Of a DNA stretch of 64,000 nucleotides, positions 11,601 through 24,117 are shown piece by piece. Where the stretch lies: contig NC_043015.1 in the NCBI RefSeq assembly GCF_006345805.1, positions 45,136,001 to 45,200,000 of the forward strand, given 5' to 3'. Source of the stretch: Octopus sinensis (Eukaryota). The first letter of the stretch is position 1, and each line of letters opens with the position of its first letter. A program made the position numbers and the translations under genes. A model generated the notes under the pieces. It was not told the DNA's origin and made no database searches. It saw only the letters and a program-made list of their open reading frames with translations.

Positions 11601-14262
11601 GTGTTATTCAAGGCCTCGATGTCAACAAGGGTCACGGCCCTGACGGCATACACCCACGGGTTATCAAAGCGTTGGCTCCGGTCATCTGCGAGCCCTTAAC
11701 ACGACTATTCAATATGTCATTGGCGACGGGTGTTATACCTGCAGACTGGGAACAGCGATAATCTGCCCAATTTTCAAGAAAGGGAGCCGCGAAGACCCGC
11801 TAAACTACCGACCGGTTTCCCTTACATCAATAATCAGCAAGATGTTCGAAACCATCCTTAAGAAAAGTATGATGCTCCACCTCCTAAACACAGCCTCGAT
11901 CACTGATTCCCAACACGGCTTCGTGCCGAAGAGATCATGCTTGACCAACTTACTAGTAATGGAAGAATTGGTGATGCGCATCCTCAATGATAGTGATGCT
12001 GTTGACATCGTTTTATTGGACTTTGCCAAAGCTTTTGACTCGGTAAACCACCGCCTACTACTTGTCAAGCTTCAAGCATATAGTTTCCATCCGGATATTG
12101 TACGATGGGTTGGTGCTTCCTCTCAGATCGCTCCTTCCAAGTTCAAGTTAATGGTTCGCGGTCCGACGTCTCCAGTGCGAGCAGTGGCGTGCTTCAAGGT
12201 TCAGTGCTTGGGCCCTTGTGTTCTTAGTCTTCATAAATGACTTGCCCGACGACCTCACGCAACACACCCTTCTATTTGCCGACGATATCAAACTGGTCGC
12301 TCCTCGCGGTAGTATAGAGGATCTTCGTCGATGCCTCCACCAAATTTGGAAGTGGTCTAACGATTGGGACCTGTGTCTGAACGTGTCAAAGTGATGTCAT
12401 CTGCCTGTCGGCTCTACTCCTGCAACTCAACTTGATTTCGAGCCGGGTCGTCTGCTGCTGGAGAGGACCGATCAGGTAAAGGACCTGGGTATCTTGGTGG
12501 ATTCCTCCTTTTCGCCTTCGGCCCAGTGCGTCCATGTTGCCATCAAAAAAAAAGGAAATCTGTTTTTGATTCGACGGTCATTCGGAATGCTCACAGCAGC
12601 CATATTCCTGCCACTCTATGTCACGCTGGTGAGACCCATATTGGAGTATGGGATTCAACTCTTCTCCTTATCTCCTCAAAGACATACAGCACCTCGAAAG
12701 AGTCCAGAGGCTGGCTACCCACATGGTTCATGGTCTCAAAAATTTGTCCTACGAAGAAAGGCTGAGGACGCTCGACCTTTATTCTCTTGAAAAACGCCGC
12801 CGCCGTGGTGATCTCATTCTCGCCCACAACATCATAAGCGGGAAGTGTAACCTCTCGAAAGAGCTGTTCTTCACTCCTGCTCCGGAGCGTCGGCTGCGGT
12901 GTCATTCCAAAAAGCTCTACCTGCGACGATTTCATCTCAATCGAAGGAGAGGAGCTTTCTCCGTCCAGGTTGCGGATCCGTGGAACAAGCTGCCAGACGA
13001 GATGGTGAAGATGCCGACGACCGCTTTGTTCAAAGCCTCCCTGGACCTCAAGTGGCCTGAACTCTTTACATGAACACCACCCTGTACTTAACTCCATGTC
13101 CCCCTACATGGCCTTGCTATTTGCTTTTGAGCCAAATTAACTAACTAACATGGCTGTTTGTCAATGTAAGAAATCAATATTATATATCAGATAGATCTAT
13201 GTGTTGGCAAAAGTGGGTTGTTTGTCTCCAGATCAGTCCTAAACAAACCTCTGATCAAAGGTACTTTTTTCAATTATGACTGTCTGGTTTTTTGTTTTCA
13301 ATGCATATTGTCTCTAGAATTACATCATCCAATATTGTCATCATCATTGTTTAACGTCTGCTTTCCATGCTAGCATGGGTTGGACGATTTTGACTGAGGG
13401 CTGGCAAACCAGATGGCTGCACCAGGCTCCAATCCTGATTTGGCAGAGTTTCTACAGCTGGATGCCCTTCCTAACGCCAACTACTTCGAGAGTGTAGTGG
13501 GTGCTTTTTACGTGCCAGCGGCACGGGGGCCAATATGTGTCTTCTTTTTGAAGACTTTAGAATGTGATTGGAGGTAGATTGGGCTGATATTTCTAGCAAA
13601 TTGTGGCCTGTGAGACTTCCTGAATGAAATGCCTAAATGAAAAATTACCTTGAATTTAGTAGTGCAACCCACCTGATGATAAGCCATGCCTCATGTGGCT
13701 CTCTCCTTTAAAACGTTGCCCATGCTTATTGTGGAGACTTCATTCACTTGGGTCAAAACAACTCATTAACACCTTCCAGTCAACATTGCCTTTGTTCTTA
13801 GTCAAAATTAGTTCTTTTTCAGAGTTATTGCCCACCTAAACCAGTCATAGGACCATGTTTTGCTTGTACAAAAAATGGTACAAAATCTATTATTTTATTT
13901 TAAATGTTTGCCTGTATACTTGAGTGTGATGAAAGTGTGTCTGTTTACATTCTAAACAATCTTTCTTACTAAAACAAACTACAAAACTACATGTACACAC
14001 ATTGTATAAACACTTGAATATCTGTGGTTTTATAACTGCTATTTTCTGTGCTTTCTCACTTGAATAGATGTCTTGTGGTTGTATGTAAAGGCAGTGTGCT
14101 TATTATACTGGCAATATTTATACATGGCTTTCTCATATACACATTTCTCACATAAACACAAACAATGGAGTCTACAATACAAATATGCATTCTTTCTCTT
14201 TGCAGCAAAACTTATGGCGTTATGGTGACATTACTGAAGATGATGCCAGAGAATTTGGTTAA
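178..14262 (+). CDS. SND1: Staphylococcal nuclease domain-containing protein 1 (Tudor-SN), 3' part; exons 178-293, 1593-1781, 4197-4332, 5656-5782, 6544-6610, 8705-8812, 9701-9949, 14206-14262; the 5' part lies upstream of the window
   Basis: The spliced translation reads GIDCPR...[18 protein letters not shown]...KVHFTAER...[18 protein letters not shown]...VLYIDYGN (Tudor aromatic cage intact)...[17 protein letters not shown]. This matches the SN4/Tudor/SN5 C-terminus of SND1. All introns are GT-AG with compatible phases. Confidence 0.96.
812..843. repeat. (AT)n microsatellite
   Basis: Read directly from the sequence. Confidence 0.95.
1593..1781 (+). CDS. SND1: SND1 exon ([21 protein letters not shown]...[28 protein letters not shown])
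   Basis: Polypyrimidine tract plus AG, gtaaat donor, 189 nt, phase 0-0. Confidence 0.95.
1864..2066 (+). mobile_element. 5'-truncated RTE 3' end. Other copies (approximate): 1-29+, 5161-5305-, 8170-8471+, 13343-13532-, 16085-16460-, 17105-17325+, 24947-25132+, 33878-34130-, 37247-37512-, 39034-39372+, 40665-41158+, 50255-50733+, 51354-51547-, 57788-58215+, 61290-61790-, 61880-62060+, 63810-64000+
   Basis: Shared core gagtggttggcgttaggaagggcatccagctgtagaaac...ccatgctagcatggaaagc...(gat)n. Confidence 0.85.
2471..2875 (+). mobile_element. tRNA-derived SINE family B with an internal (TA)/(TG) microsatellite. Other copies (approximate): 3530-3823-, 16608-16910+, 20941-21325+, 32858-33260-, 35712-36256-, 36645-37054-, 38358-38667+, 47999-48381+, 51605-51958-, 60232-60624-, 62163-62530-
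   Basis: Head ggcgcaggagtggctgtgtggtaag...gggttcagtccc (pol III A/B-box-like); tail gcagtcaaatgactgaaacaagtaaaagag. Confidence 0.88.
2977..3195 (+). mobile_element. piggyBac-like MITE family 2 (CCCTTTAGCATTCAGATT...AAACACTAAAGGG)
   Basis: TT(G/A)A flanks; related copies at 9380-9601, 22797-23016, ~23583-23791, 40517-41226 (minus strand, interrupted by an RTE insertion) and ~62960-63190. Confidence 0.8.
4197..4332 (+). CDS. SND1: SND1 exon (IWSNYEEP...[19 protein letters not shown])
   Basis: ttccag acceptor, gtaagt donor. Confidence 0.94.
5656..5782 (+). CDS. SND1: SND1 exon ([15 protein letters not shown]...[21 protein letters not shown])
   Basis: AAG acceptor, gtaagt donor; start of the Tudor domain. 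Confidence 0.93.
5913..6322 (+). mobile_element. MITE, ~28-bp TIR GGATCTTTTCGGTTTGAACGGCAGTTTT, 8-bp TSD (Merlin-like), copy 1
   Basis: TIRs at both ends; perfect TSD caaacgtc at 5905-5912 and 6323-6330. Confidence 0.9.
6544..6610 (+). CDS. SND1: SND1 exon ([22 protein letters not shown])
   Basis: ttacag acceptor, gtaagt donor; Tudor YIDYGN motif. Confidence 0.95.
6720..6950 (+). mobile_element. SINE family C with a Meta/Nin-like central domain. Other copies (approximate): 1035-1213-, 4370-4570-, 4590-4803-, 8988-9107+, 20021-20200+, 25137-25340+, 26828-27014-, 37132-37630+ (interrupted), 43109-43325+, 54225-54652- (nested pair), 56230-56431-
   Basis: Head ggcggcgagctggcagaatcgttagc...gagttcaaattcc; core gcctttcatcctttcggggtcgat(t)aaataagtaccag resembles the MetaSINE domain as I recall it. 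Confidence 0.82.
7083..7391 (+). mobile_element. tRNA-derived SINE family D. Related copies: 17700-18060+, 42185-42475-, 46926-47030+ (head only)
   Basis: tggcctagtggttaga (A box) ... gggttcgaatctc (B box); (aaac)n tail. Confidence 0.8.
7538..7757 (+). mobile_element. piggyBac-like MITE family 1 (TTAA|CCCTTTCGTTAC...GTAACAAAAGGG|TTAA)
   Basis: TTAA TSD and CCC/GGG termini; other copies at 19125-19345 and 52453-52835. Confidence 0.85.
8705..8812 (+). CDS. SND1: SND1 exon ([36 protein letters not shown])
   Basis: ttttag acceptor, gtaagt donor; LPAQAT motif. Confidence 0.94.
9701..9949 (+). CDS. SND1: SND1 exon ([11 protein letters not shown]...[12 protein letters not shown])
   Basis: Long poly-T tract plus ttacag, gtaggt donor. 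Confidence 0.94.
10283..10699 (-). mobile_element. Same MITE family, copy 2 (opposite orientation)
   Basis: TIRs; TSD attatggc / tttatggc (7 of 8). Confidence 0.9.
10720..13149 (+). mobile_element. 5'-truncated CR1-like LINE (C-terminal part of the AP endonuclease plus RT; frameshifted, inactive) in the last SND1 intron
   Basis: Supplied ORFs 10703-11761, 11842-12240 and 12648-13073 contain [66 protein letters not shown] and RRRRGDLI. There are several frameshifts and an internal stop, a (TAAC)n tail, and higher GC than the flanks. Confidence 0.93.
14206..14262 (+). CDS. SND1: SND1 terminal coding exon ([18 protein letters not shown])
   Basis: ttgcag acceptor; conserved LWRYGD..DDA.EFG C-terminus; TAA at 14260-14262. 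Confidence 0.95.
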   Translation, partial: QNLWRYGDITEDDAREFG

Positions 14263-16000
14263 AGAATCTGAAATAAATGCAGTGAAAAGTATATTTGGAA
14301 AATAATAACACAAATTATGAATGAAATTTATTAAATAAAATAACAATACTTTGCTGAAAAAGACTGACTGAAATTTCAATCTTAGCTGGTTTGTTTGATT
14401 TACTAACATACAACTAAATTGAAAGTACATTTTTAATACTTTAGCATTGGAGGTTTTAGGTCTTAAAACTTCATCTTAACTTTCTAAACCAACTAAGATG
14501 ATATTGTAGTCAATTTAGAAGAAACTTTTTTTTTAAAAAAAGTCTTCTATATTTTAAGGATGGTTGGGAAAAAGTCTATAAAGAAAAAAACAAACACAAC
14601 TGTTTTTCAACTATATACATATCTCCTGATATACATATTATATATGCATACATATATATTTTCCTCTCTCTATGGAATATAGCTTAATAATTACAAAAGG
14701 AGTCTGTATCCAATACATTTAATAACATATTTAAAATGGAATGAAGCTTGTTACTTGGCTAAAATTTTGTGATTTAGTTAGCTGAGAAGTGTAATTGTCA
14801 TTGACATGTTAGCCATTTAATGTTACTGCTGAAACTATTTTCCCCTCTAATTTTACATACATTGCAGTATAGAAACCATGGCAGCAGATGCTATTTAATT
14901 AATTATAAGCTATCTTTTGATTTATTCTCAAGTATTTTATCAGCAATTTTAATATCCAGCTCGACAATTCAGTGAGTTTTCTTCTGTTTTTTTTTTTTCT
15001 ACTCTAAATTATACTGGTTGCAGGTATATTTTGTTAAACAGGAAATTTTCATTTGTTTAAACATTTGCAGTAAATATGAATGTAGAAAGAAAATAACGAC
15101 TGGCTTTATAAACGGCATATTGGTGTTGAATCCTTTACTTCAAAGTGAGCTCAGAATTAAATTTTGAAACTAGTTGCTGCCTTCCATGATAAAGCTACTT
15201 ATTCATAGTGTCTTAAAACTGGTTTGTCTTTTTTTTTTCACTATATCAGGGTTTTGAGTTTTCTGATTTGTCTAAAAGCCTTTTTTTTTTTTTTTTACCA
15301 TAGATCAAAAGTGATCTGTGTAAATTTGTCAGTCAATTTTAGAATTCCTTCCATTCAGGATATAACTTCTGGGTATATAGTTTGTGAGCTTTTAATATTT
15401 TAGCTATTTAAATTTAGAAAAAAAAAAAATCTCCTTATTTGTTAGATTAGCTATTAGAACTTAGAACTGCTTTGGTTTCTGCTCAGGATTTTTACTGGCC
15501 TTTGTTCTGGGCAGAATAACCCTTTTCATTTAAATCATGCCAATTTTAAAAAGGTTAAAAAAATTAAAAAAAGTAACAGTATCCTGTCCCTTCTCTGTAG
15601 ACTATAATTTTTTTTTTATATATTAATTTCTAACTGAATAAAACCAGGTTCAATTCTCTCTCCAAATATATTGCATACCCACTATCATGAAAATCAAATT
15701 TCTTATGAAATAATCTTGTTCTCAAGAAAGTTATTTGTATTTTGTTGTTGTCATTATTTTATGAAAAATAACTGTTTTCTTTTCAGTTCTGAATAATTTT
15801 ATTTGGAAAACACAAAAAAAAAAAAAAGCAAGACAGAAAAACAAGCTTGTACCATTGTGTAATGTTCATCATTATGCTGAAATATTGATTTTTAATCCAA
15901 TACTTTCTCAAAAAAATTTTTTTTTTTTTTAATTTCATTGAATTTTTTTATATTAGGTGTCATCTCTGAAACCACTGTTAAGAGTTTATAAAATCAAATC
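14263..16000 (+). other. SND1: Probable SND1 3' UTR (the end position is approximate)
   Basis: Very AT/U-rich stretch after the stop codon with no recognisable SINE or MITE; AATAAA hexamers near 14272, 14334 and 15637. Confidence 0.5.
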
Positions 16001-19000
16001 ATCATTGGCTGCTCTGTCAAGTTTCCATCACTCCACTGTGTAGTAAAATGACCTAAGTCTTTTTTGTTTATTACTGTCATTTAGATCACCGGCACGGAAG
16101 CCAGTCAAAGCAGCACTGGCATCGGCCATGTTTGGATGGTGATTTTTTTGTGCTACTGGCACCGGGCTCACAACTACAATTTCCAATTGATTTGATTTTG
16201 ATATTGATGTTGATGTACTTGACTCAATAGGTCTCCTCAAGCACAGCAGGTCAGCCTACGATCCAAAGTACTTTTGAGTGGGCTGGTTATGCAACGCTGG
16301 TGTAGGTTACAGCTCTGGATCCACTTTATTTGCTGGGTCTTCTCAATCACAGCATACCTCCAGAGGTCTCAATCTTTTGTCATTGCCTCTGTGAGGCCCA
16401 ACGTTCAAAGGTCATGCTTCACCACCTCATCTCATGTCTTCCTGGGTCTCCCTCTACCCCAGATTCCTTTGTAGCCACCTTTTGCTAAATCAGAGTCCTT
16501 GAACAGTTCTTAATATATGCATGTTTACATATACTTCAAGGAAGTTACATATGCATGATTGATGCACAGCTAATGACCTTATCAAGCTTTACTTCTACAG
16601 TAAATGCACAGGCATGGTTGTGTGGTTAGAGAGCTCATGTAGCAACTACGTGGTTTCAGGTTCAGTCCCACTGCATGGCACCTTGGGCTAGTGTCTTCTG
16701 TTATAACCCTTAGACATCCAATGCCTTGTGAATAAATTTCATAGACATGTGGAAGCTGGTCATGTATGTTTGTTTCTTCCCTCTCCACCCACCATTGTTG
16801 GTTCGTTTATGTCCTTGTGGCTTAGCAGTTCAGTAGAAGAATACCGAGGTAGATTTGAGTAAACCCTTTGGGGTGATGCTGCTGTCTTATGACTGAAATA
16901 AAAGATAAAAGGGCAGACACTTTTCAATCTGAACAAAATACATAATTCTGCCTTCCTAACCTGCTAAAAGAGTTTCAAACAGCTTTCACTTCAAAACAAA
17001 ACCATCAATCTGCTACTACACACATTATAGAGATTTCAAAAGAAATTGTCTTACATATGATAATCTCTTGGCAAAAATGGATGTGAAATTATAATTTCTG
17101 GAATTGCCGGTGGCACGTAAAAAGCACCATCTGACCTTGGCCGTTTGCCAGCCCCGTCTGGCACGTAAAAAAAGCACCCACTACACTCACGGAGTGGTTG
17201 GCATTAGGAAGGGCATCCAGCCATAGAAACATTGCCAGATCACACTGGGCCTGGTGCAGCCTTCTGGCTTCCCAGACCCCAGTTGAACCGTCCAACCCAT
17301 GCTAGCATGGAAAGCGGATGATGATCTGTGAGTGAATTTGCCCTGCTTCTCCATAATGACTTAACTAGGTTACGTGATTTCTTCAGTCTTTTCATGTATT
17401 GTCTTATTTGCTTTTTACGATTTTGAACTGCAGTTCCTTTATTGTCATCTATTCTCTGAGTAATTTTTTTTTAAATTACAAAAAAACCAACTGTTTGTAT
17501 TGTAGTAGTGTGCAATCTGTCTTTTATATCTAAATCACTTTATTTTTTTCTTTTACCAAATATATATTTTGGGAAATTTCATGTATCAGAAAATACTTAG
17601 CAATGTTTGGAATTCCTTAGTATTGAGAGAAAAGTAAAATTGAAATAACTTCATAAAAGTTACTAACCCCTTTCAATTATTCAGTAATTGAGGTGACTAC
17701 AGTGGAAGTGCAATGGCCCAGTGGTAAGGGCAACGGACTCGCGGTTTTGATTCCCAGACCAGGTGTTGTGAATGTTTATTGAACAAAAACACCTAAAGCT
17801 CCACGAGGCTCTGACAGTGTGGGGTGGCAAACCCTGCTGTACTCTTTCACAACTTTCCCACTCTTTCTTCCTGTTTCTGTTGTACCTGTATTTCAAGGGG
17901 CTAGCCTTGTCACACACTGTCACGCTGAATCTCTCCATGAACTACGTTATGGGTACACATGTCTGTGGAGTGCTCAGCCACTTGCACATTAATTTCACGA
18001 GGAGGCTGTTCCGTTGATCAGGTCAACTGGAGCCCTTGTGGTCGTAACCGACAGAGTGCCATGAATTGAGGTGACCATCTTTGTAATTAAAAGATAAGCA
18101 ATAAGAAAGGTTAGTTGAATGGTTTACAAAGCCTTATACTTAGACTTAAAGAAAATTGCCCACATGGAATTTTTTTTTTTTTTGTGAAGGTACACATGGC
18201 CTTGTTAGGTAGGATGTTACACATGGTTATACAATCATAGTTTTGATTCTTGGACAGGGCAGTGTGTTGTATTCTTGAACAAAACATTATTTCACATTGC
18301 TCCATTCCACACTCAGCTATAAATGAGCATCCCTGCAATAGCTGGGAAGTTAAATTTGTAATGGACTAGCATCCTATCCAGCAGGTTATGTTGCAATCTC
18401 CGTAACTTACATGTCATGGAAACCAAGTTGAATTCTGGCTTTATGTAACTCTGGGTTCATGACAGACCCAAGCCTAAGTTGTTCAATTTTGAGGGTGGGT
18501 ACAGTACCAGTAGAGGAAGTTTAGGTAAGAATGAAATTTACTTAACTGCAAGCTTTTCTAAATCTTAGATTTTGTCTAACAAGCAACTCATCATCCAGTT
18601 TAATACTTTATATAAGAGCATGGGAAGAATGGTTGGCTAATTGGTGAATTTAGTTGTATGTGTCATCGTTTTAACATTCCACTTTTCCAATGCTTGAATG
18701 GAGTTTATTGAAGCAGATGTCCTTTCTGTTACCAAACCCTCATCTGTTTCCAGCAAGGTAGTATTTCCCCCCATGGTCAGACATATTTTCACAGAACTCT
18801 CGTAATGAATGGCATTCATTTACAACAGTTATGTGACATCAAGACAAGTTACAAACACACACACACACACAATGGGCTTCTTTCAGTTTCCATCTACCAA
18901 ATCCACTCATGGCCCAGGGCTATAAAATGAGACACCTGCCAAAGGTGCAACCAGATATTTGAGCATGACACCTAAAACTATTTATACATACATGCTTTGA

Positions 19001-19124
19001 TGTAAAAACAAGAGGAAGAAGTACTCAATACATTGTAAAGTTTATTCAAGGGTAAAGCTTTGAAGTTGTCATGACTACCATCCCATTCAACTATGATGAC
19101 ATGAAAGATCCTGAAGCTGCTTAA

Positions 19125-19345
19125 CCCTTTCGTTACCAACCCGGCCAAAACCAGCTCTGGCTCTGTAGTATTAATGTCTTGTTTTCATAAGTTTTGAATT
19201 AAAATCTTCCACCAAACTTTAGTTCCAATTTATGTTCCTAACACTAGCTGAATGGTAACTAAGTTATTTTACTGAATTCTTTATTGTATTTAAAATAATT
19301 GAAAGAAACATAGAGCATCTCAAAATAAATATAGTAACAAAAGGG
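19125..19345 (+). mobile_element. piggyBac-like MITE family 1
   Basis: TTAA TSD; high similarity to 7538-7757. Confidence 0.85.
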
Positions 19346-20940
19346 TTAACCTGCAAGAAATAGCTTCAATTTCTCCTGTATTAGAAAAAAAAACCACTTG
19401 CACGCACTAGAGAATGTGATCCTAGACACCCAATAACAAACAGGATGGTCACAATTGGAATGCTTTTGATCATAGACCTACTTGAAGAGCTTTGATATAA
19501 GGTTAAAAGACAAGTCTTAATTAGTTTTACCTGCTATAAATAACAGCGAAATTTCCCTAAAATCATTTCTTTTCAAAAAAAAGTAAATGGGATGGTTATA
19601 GATGAAATGTCTGGTTCTGCTGAGGGCAAATGGCATCATGATTAGGATTTTGCACTCAATCACAGGATCATAGATTCAATTACAAAATTTAGGTTAAGCT
19701 GAATTAAAAACCTGAAATAAAGGTTTCCTGTGTACATGACACGAAGTAGGATGAAATTTCTTCACAGAAGTTGCCAAAAAAGAAGTTTTCGGTGCTGGTC
19801 AACAATCTGATATTTAAGGTAAGTAATGCATCACGAATTTTGTTACCAAAATTTTAAAGGGTAAAGTAATATTACAAAATCAAAATATATTGTGCATAGA
19901 TACAGAGAAGTGAACTGGAGTACACAACTGGGCAGCAGAAACCAGGGCTTTTAGGTTAGGGTTAGGGGTACTCGAAACAACATGCAACACGATAGGACAA
20001 TACCTTACTTGCTCAGAATAAAGGTGGTGTGCTGGCAGAATTGTGGGAAAAATGCTTAGTGACATTTCATTCGTCCTTACATTCTGAGTTCAAATTCCAC
20101 TGAGGTTGACTTTGCTTTTCACCCTTTCGGGGTCAATGTAATCGACTAACCGCCATCCCCCGAAATTTCAGTCCTTGTGGTTATATTAGAAAATGATTAT
20201 AATTAGCCAGAGTGCTTTCTCAAACTTGAGATCAATGTGGTTGATGTTCAATTTAATTTCTATGAAGAGGTGGGGGACATAGTGAAGACAAAGTGATCTG
20301 AGACAGAGGTGGTGTACAACTTGGTAGTTCAAAGAAACGTGTTTTCGTAGCAACAAGGAAGAAACAGTACATCTATGAGCTAAAGGTTGTCATTTAGCCC
20401 TTCGCTGTCCCCTGATTGAGCTGACTTCTAATCAATGGCATTCAAGCCAGACGCTCTTGACTTTAAAATGTAATCTATTTGGTACTATTTAATTCCAGAT
20501 GCACATGTCTACTTTTTCTTAAGAAGATTTAGGGAGATTTGCCTGCTATTTCTAACTGGTCAAGCATTAGAACTTATGCCCTGTCTTTGGCTAGTGGTTG
20601 CAGAATGTTGGTGAGTCTTGCTTAGTTAAATGGACTTCTATTGGATGTCTATGTATAACAACTGTAAAAAGCTCTGGTGCTGCACAAAACGTACAGGTGC
20701 TGGTGCCATGTGAAGAGCACTAGGGCTGGTTCTGCATAAAGAACACTGGTGATAGTGCCACATAAGGCACCACGTACATTCTCTGAAGTGGTTGGCATTA
20801 GGAAGGGCATCCAGCTGCCGAAACAGACAATTGGAACCTGATGTGGGCCTTGCCAGTGTGGAAAACAGAAGTTAAATGATGATGAACTGTGAAGAAATAA
20901 TGCATTTAGATTTCAGGATATTTGTATATCAGAGGGAAGA

Positions 20941-21325
20941 GGCGCAGGAGTGGCTGTGTGGTAAGTAGCTTGTTTATCAACCACATGGTTCCGGGGTTCA
21001 GTCCCACTACATGGCACCTTGGGCAAGTGTCTTCTACTATAGCCTCAGGCTAACCAAAGCCTTGTGAGTGGATTTGGTAGATGGAAACTGAAAGAAGCCC
21101 GTCGTATATATGTATATATATATGCGTGTGTGTGTTTGTCCCCCTTAGCATTGCTTGACAACCGATGCTGGTGTGTTTATGTCCCCGTTACCTAGCAGTT
21201 CGGCAAAAGAGACCGATAGAATAAGTACTGGGCTTACAAAAGAATAAGTTCCGGGGTCGAGTTGCTCGATTAAAGGCGGTGCTCCAGCATGGCCGCAGTC
21301 AAATGACTGAAACAAGTAAAAGAGT
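20941..21325 (+). mobile_element. tRNA-derived SINE family B, full-length copy
   Basis: Near-identical to 2471-2875. Confidence 0.88.
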
Positions 21326-22796
21326 ATAGTAACAAAACAACTGGTAATGAGCTATAATAATGAAGACCTATCCAAATTATATTGGATGATACATGACAAA
21401 ATATATAAGAGGTTAAAACAAATAAACCATTATTATTTCATTTAATAACAATAGAGCAAAATCAAAAAAAATTCATCTTCAACTATATATATTCTTTACA
21501 AAGTTGTAATTTCCTTGACCACAAACTCCCAAAATACCATCTCCCACAATTGGCATGGAGTTGTGTTCTAACCTCTGGCCAAAGACATGACATATTTTCA
21601 CTTCACCGCTTCTACTGCAGCTGCATTAACTGGGCTCATGGTACTCCCTTAACTCAATCAACCATGACATGTGAAATTCCCTAACTTCAAACTTAATCCA
21701 GTCCTTTCATCCAAAACATCATTCTTCTGGAATTCCCTCTCTGCTCATGTTACTTAACCACAGGCCAGCTCTAAATGAGCAGACTTGGGGGTCAACGGTG
21801 ATCCTACTATTATCACCGTGTCCTACTCTCAGACATTCCATACTGATGACTACCTTATCTTTTCAAGGCAGTAGAGATGTAATTTGATAGAAATTTTATT
21901 GTTGTATCTCACAAGTCAAATGACCATGTAGAAGCCCCCTCATTGAAATGTCCCTACTAATCTTTTGCCTCCAGGTGTTGACCTGCAATCATTCCAGAAC
22001 ATCATTCTGCAAATGCTGTGGATACAACTCCTTCAGACCAAACCAAAAAAATCTAAACATTTTAAAGGTTTGAACAAAGGAAAGGAAATAGCCTGCATCT
22101 GAAGCAAGCAGCTCAACACTTGCCTAGTATGCTTAACAGTATGGCTAATTATTGTTCTTTTGACTAATTACCAATATTTACAAGGGTTTACAAGGTTACA
22201 ATTCTTGTGAGATTTGGACTAAGAATATATATTGAAATAGACAAAAATAAATACTAAAAGATGTTTACTTTGATGCTCCATCACATCTTTCAATCCCATT
22301 CTCATTCAGTGTAATTAATACCAAAGACATACAATCTAGCAAACTGATTCTCCAGCTCACCTTGTGCCTTGTAGGGGCCATCTAGGACCCTCATTGCTCA
22401 TCTCTTGCAGCTCCTACTGTTCATTTTCTCTTCCTTTCTGCTACAAGAAGTAAGCATGCAGATTCCCAACAAGAGCCTGCACTACTTTCCCTTCTCATAG
22501 TTCAATCTCTCATTCACTTGCAGGATGCTAACCTCCCCACCTCCAGGACATAGCTCAGTAAACTGCATGGTGACTCCAGTAGGGAAGGTAATACAAAGAA
22601 AGCACCCAGTCTATGCTGTAAAGTGGTTGGCATTAGGAAGGGCATCCAGCCATAAAAACCACAGCTAAAAATGACACTGGAGTATGATGCCATCCTTGAA
22701 CACACAAGATCCTGTCAAACTGTCAAAACCATGCCAGCATGGAACACACATTAAATGGTGATAATGATAACACCAGTTCTGAGCAGATCCCTTTAA

Positions 22797-23016
22797 CCCT
22801 TTAGCATTCAGATTACTCTGTCAAATGTAAAGCCTGTTTAATTACATTGTTTTAAATTAATAGTACAGCATCTTGTAACTCTGAGATTTTGATGATGACC
22901 CTGTTTATTTTTAGAATGACTTTGTAGGGTAGGTGTAAAAGGTCAGCGCTGGCTGGTTTGAGCATAAAACAGGAAGACAATTTTGGCCTGATATGGCCAG
23001 TTTAAACACTAAAGGG
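22797..23016 (+). mobile_element. piggyBac-like MITE family 2
   Basis: TTAA|CCCTTTAG ... CTAAAGGG|TTAA. Confidence 0.82.
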
Positions 23017-24117
23017 TTAAAACTGAATGTTTTTATTTAACCACGGGTGAATTATGATCAAACAGACCTATGGTCTATGAGCAGCCAGTCTTTCTTGCAG
23101 GCTTACAAAGTTGCAAGAGGACTGTTAAATGGCATCAGTCTCACTGGTCTAGGAGAGTTTTCAAAGGCCATGAGCACTGCCCTTTTCTGCAGGGCAAGCA
23201 AGTAGATAAAAAAAAATAAAGTGGACGGGGAGCTGACACTTTAGCAGCTCAAGACAGATTCTGGCAAGCCAAGATAGTGACCCAGTTTTGATTCCCTTAT
23301 AACCATTTCATTTTATTATATGGATAATGCCCTGCAGAGATATCACATGTTGTCATTTTTCCCAGCTAAGTTTGTGTGTACAGAGGTATTCAATTAAAAA
23401 TTTTTTTGTGAACTAAACATAAATATATGTTCATTAAAGAAATGTTGTTTTTGATCAGTAACAATTTACAAATTCAAGTTTATGAAAGACAAATTCTTTA
23501 AAAGAGAAATTCCATGGTTTCCTCGTCCTATCCAGGTACTTATACAATTATATATCGACACCTTGAATTCAGAGACCATTAAACCTGTAGTGTTCTGATA
23601 ATTCTATCAAACATAATGCTTATTGATTCCCATTGATTTGAATTAATCATGCATTATCTCATATCTTCAAGATCTTGATGGTGTAATTACCTAATGTAGA
23701 ATAACATTGTAGGGTAGGTGTGAGGGCCTGGATCTGGTCAGTTTGAACATAAAACTGATTAAATATTTTGGCCGGTTTAAATACTAAAGGGTTAAATTCA
23801 TCTTTTCTCTTTTGAAAAACTAAATTTCAAATAGTTTTACTTCTGTTCATCATATTTCCAAGCTGAGATTGAACTCACGAACTCTTATTTTGTACAGGAT
23901 TACAATACTCTTGTCAACTCAATACACTTATACTCATTTCTGAGTGACGATAGCCATGCCGAGTCGAAAGTCCCAAAGAGTTTATTGCATTTGGCTGTAG
24001 TATTCTCATGGCACGAATTGACATATAATAATTTTTTGTGTAATGTCATTCTCTGTGTGTGAAAAATTTTGTTCATAAACCCCACAAAAAAAAATTCAAG
24101 AGGTATTATTACTCTAG

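Noticed and set aside
10703-13097. GC-rich island as horizontal transfer or contamination, and its antisense ORFs (10942-11286, 11805-12068, 12621-13097)
   Set aside because: Fully explained by a CR1-like LINE; the antisense ORFs are shadows of the RT frame
19951-19969. ttaggttagggttagggg as a telomere or fusion site
   Set aside because: Only two or three units; similar short tracts are carried by MITEs in this window
23820-24117. Possible third-SH3 exon of the Dlish-like gene via AAAG|GTGTCT
   Set aside because: The donor is weak, and the nearest acceptor gives only ENDITQKIIICQFVP*; no SH3 motif was found downstream on the minus strand by eye
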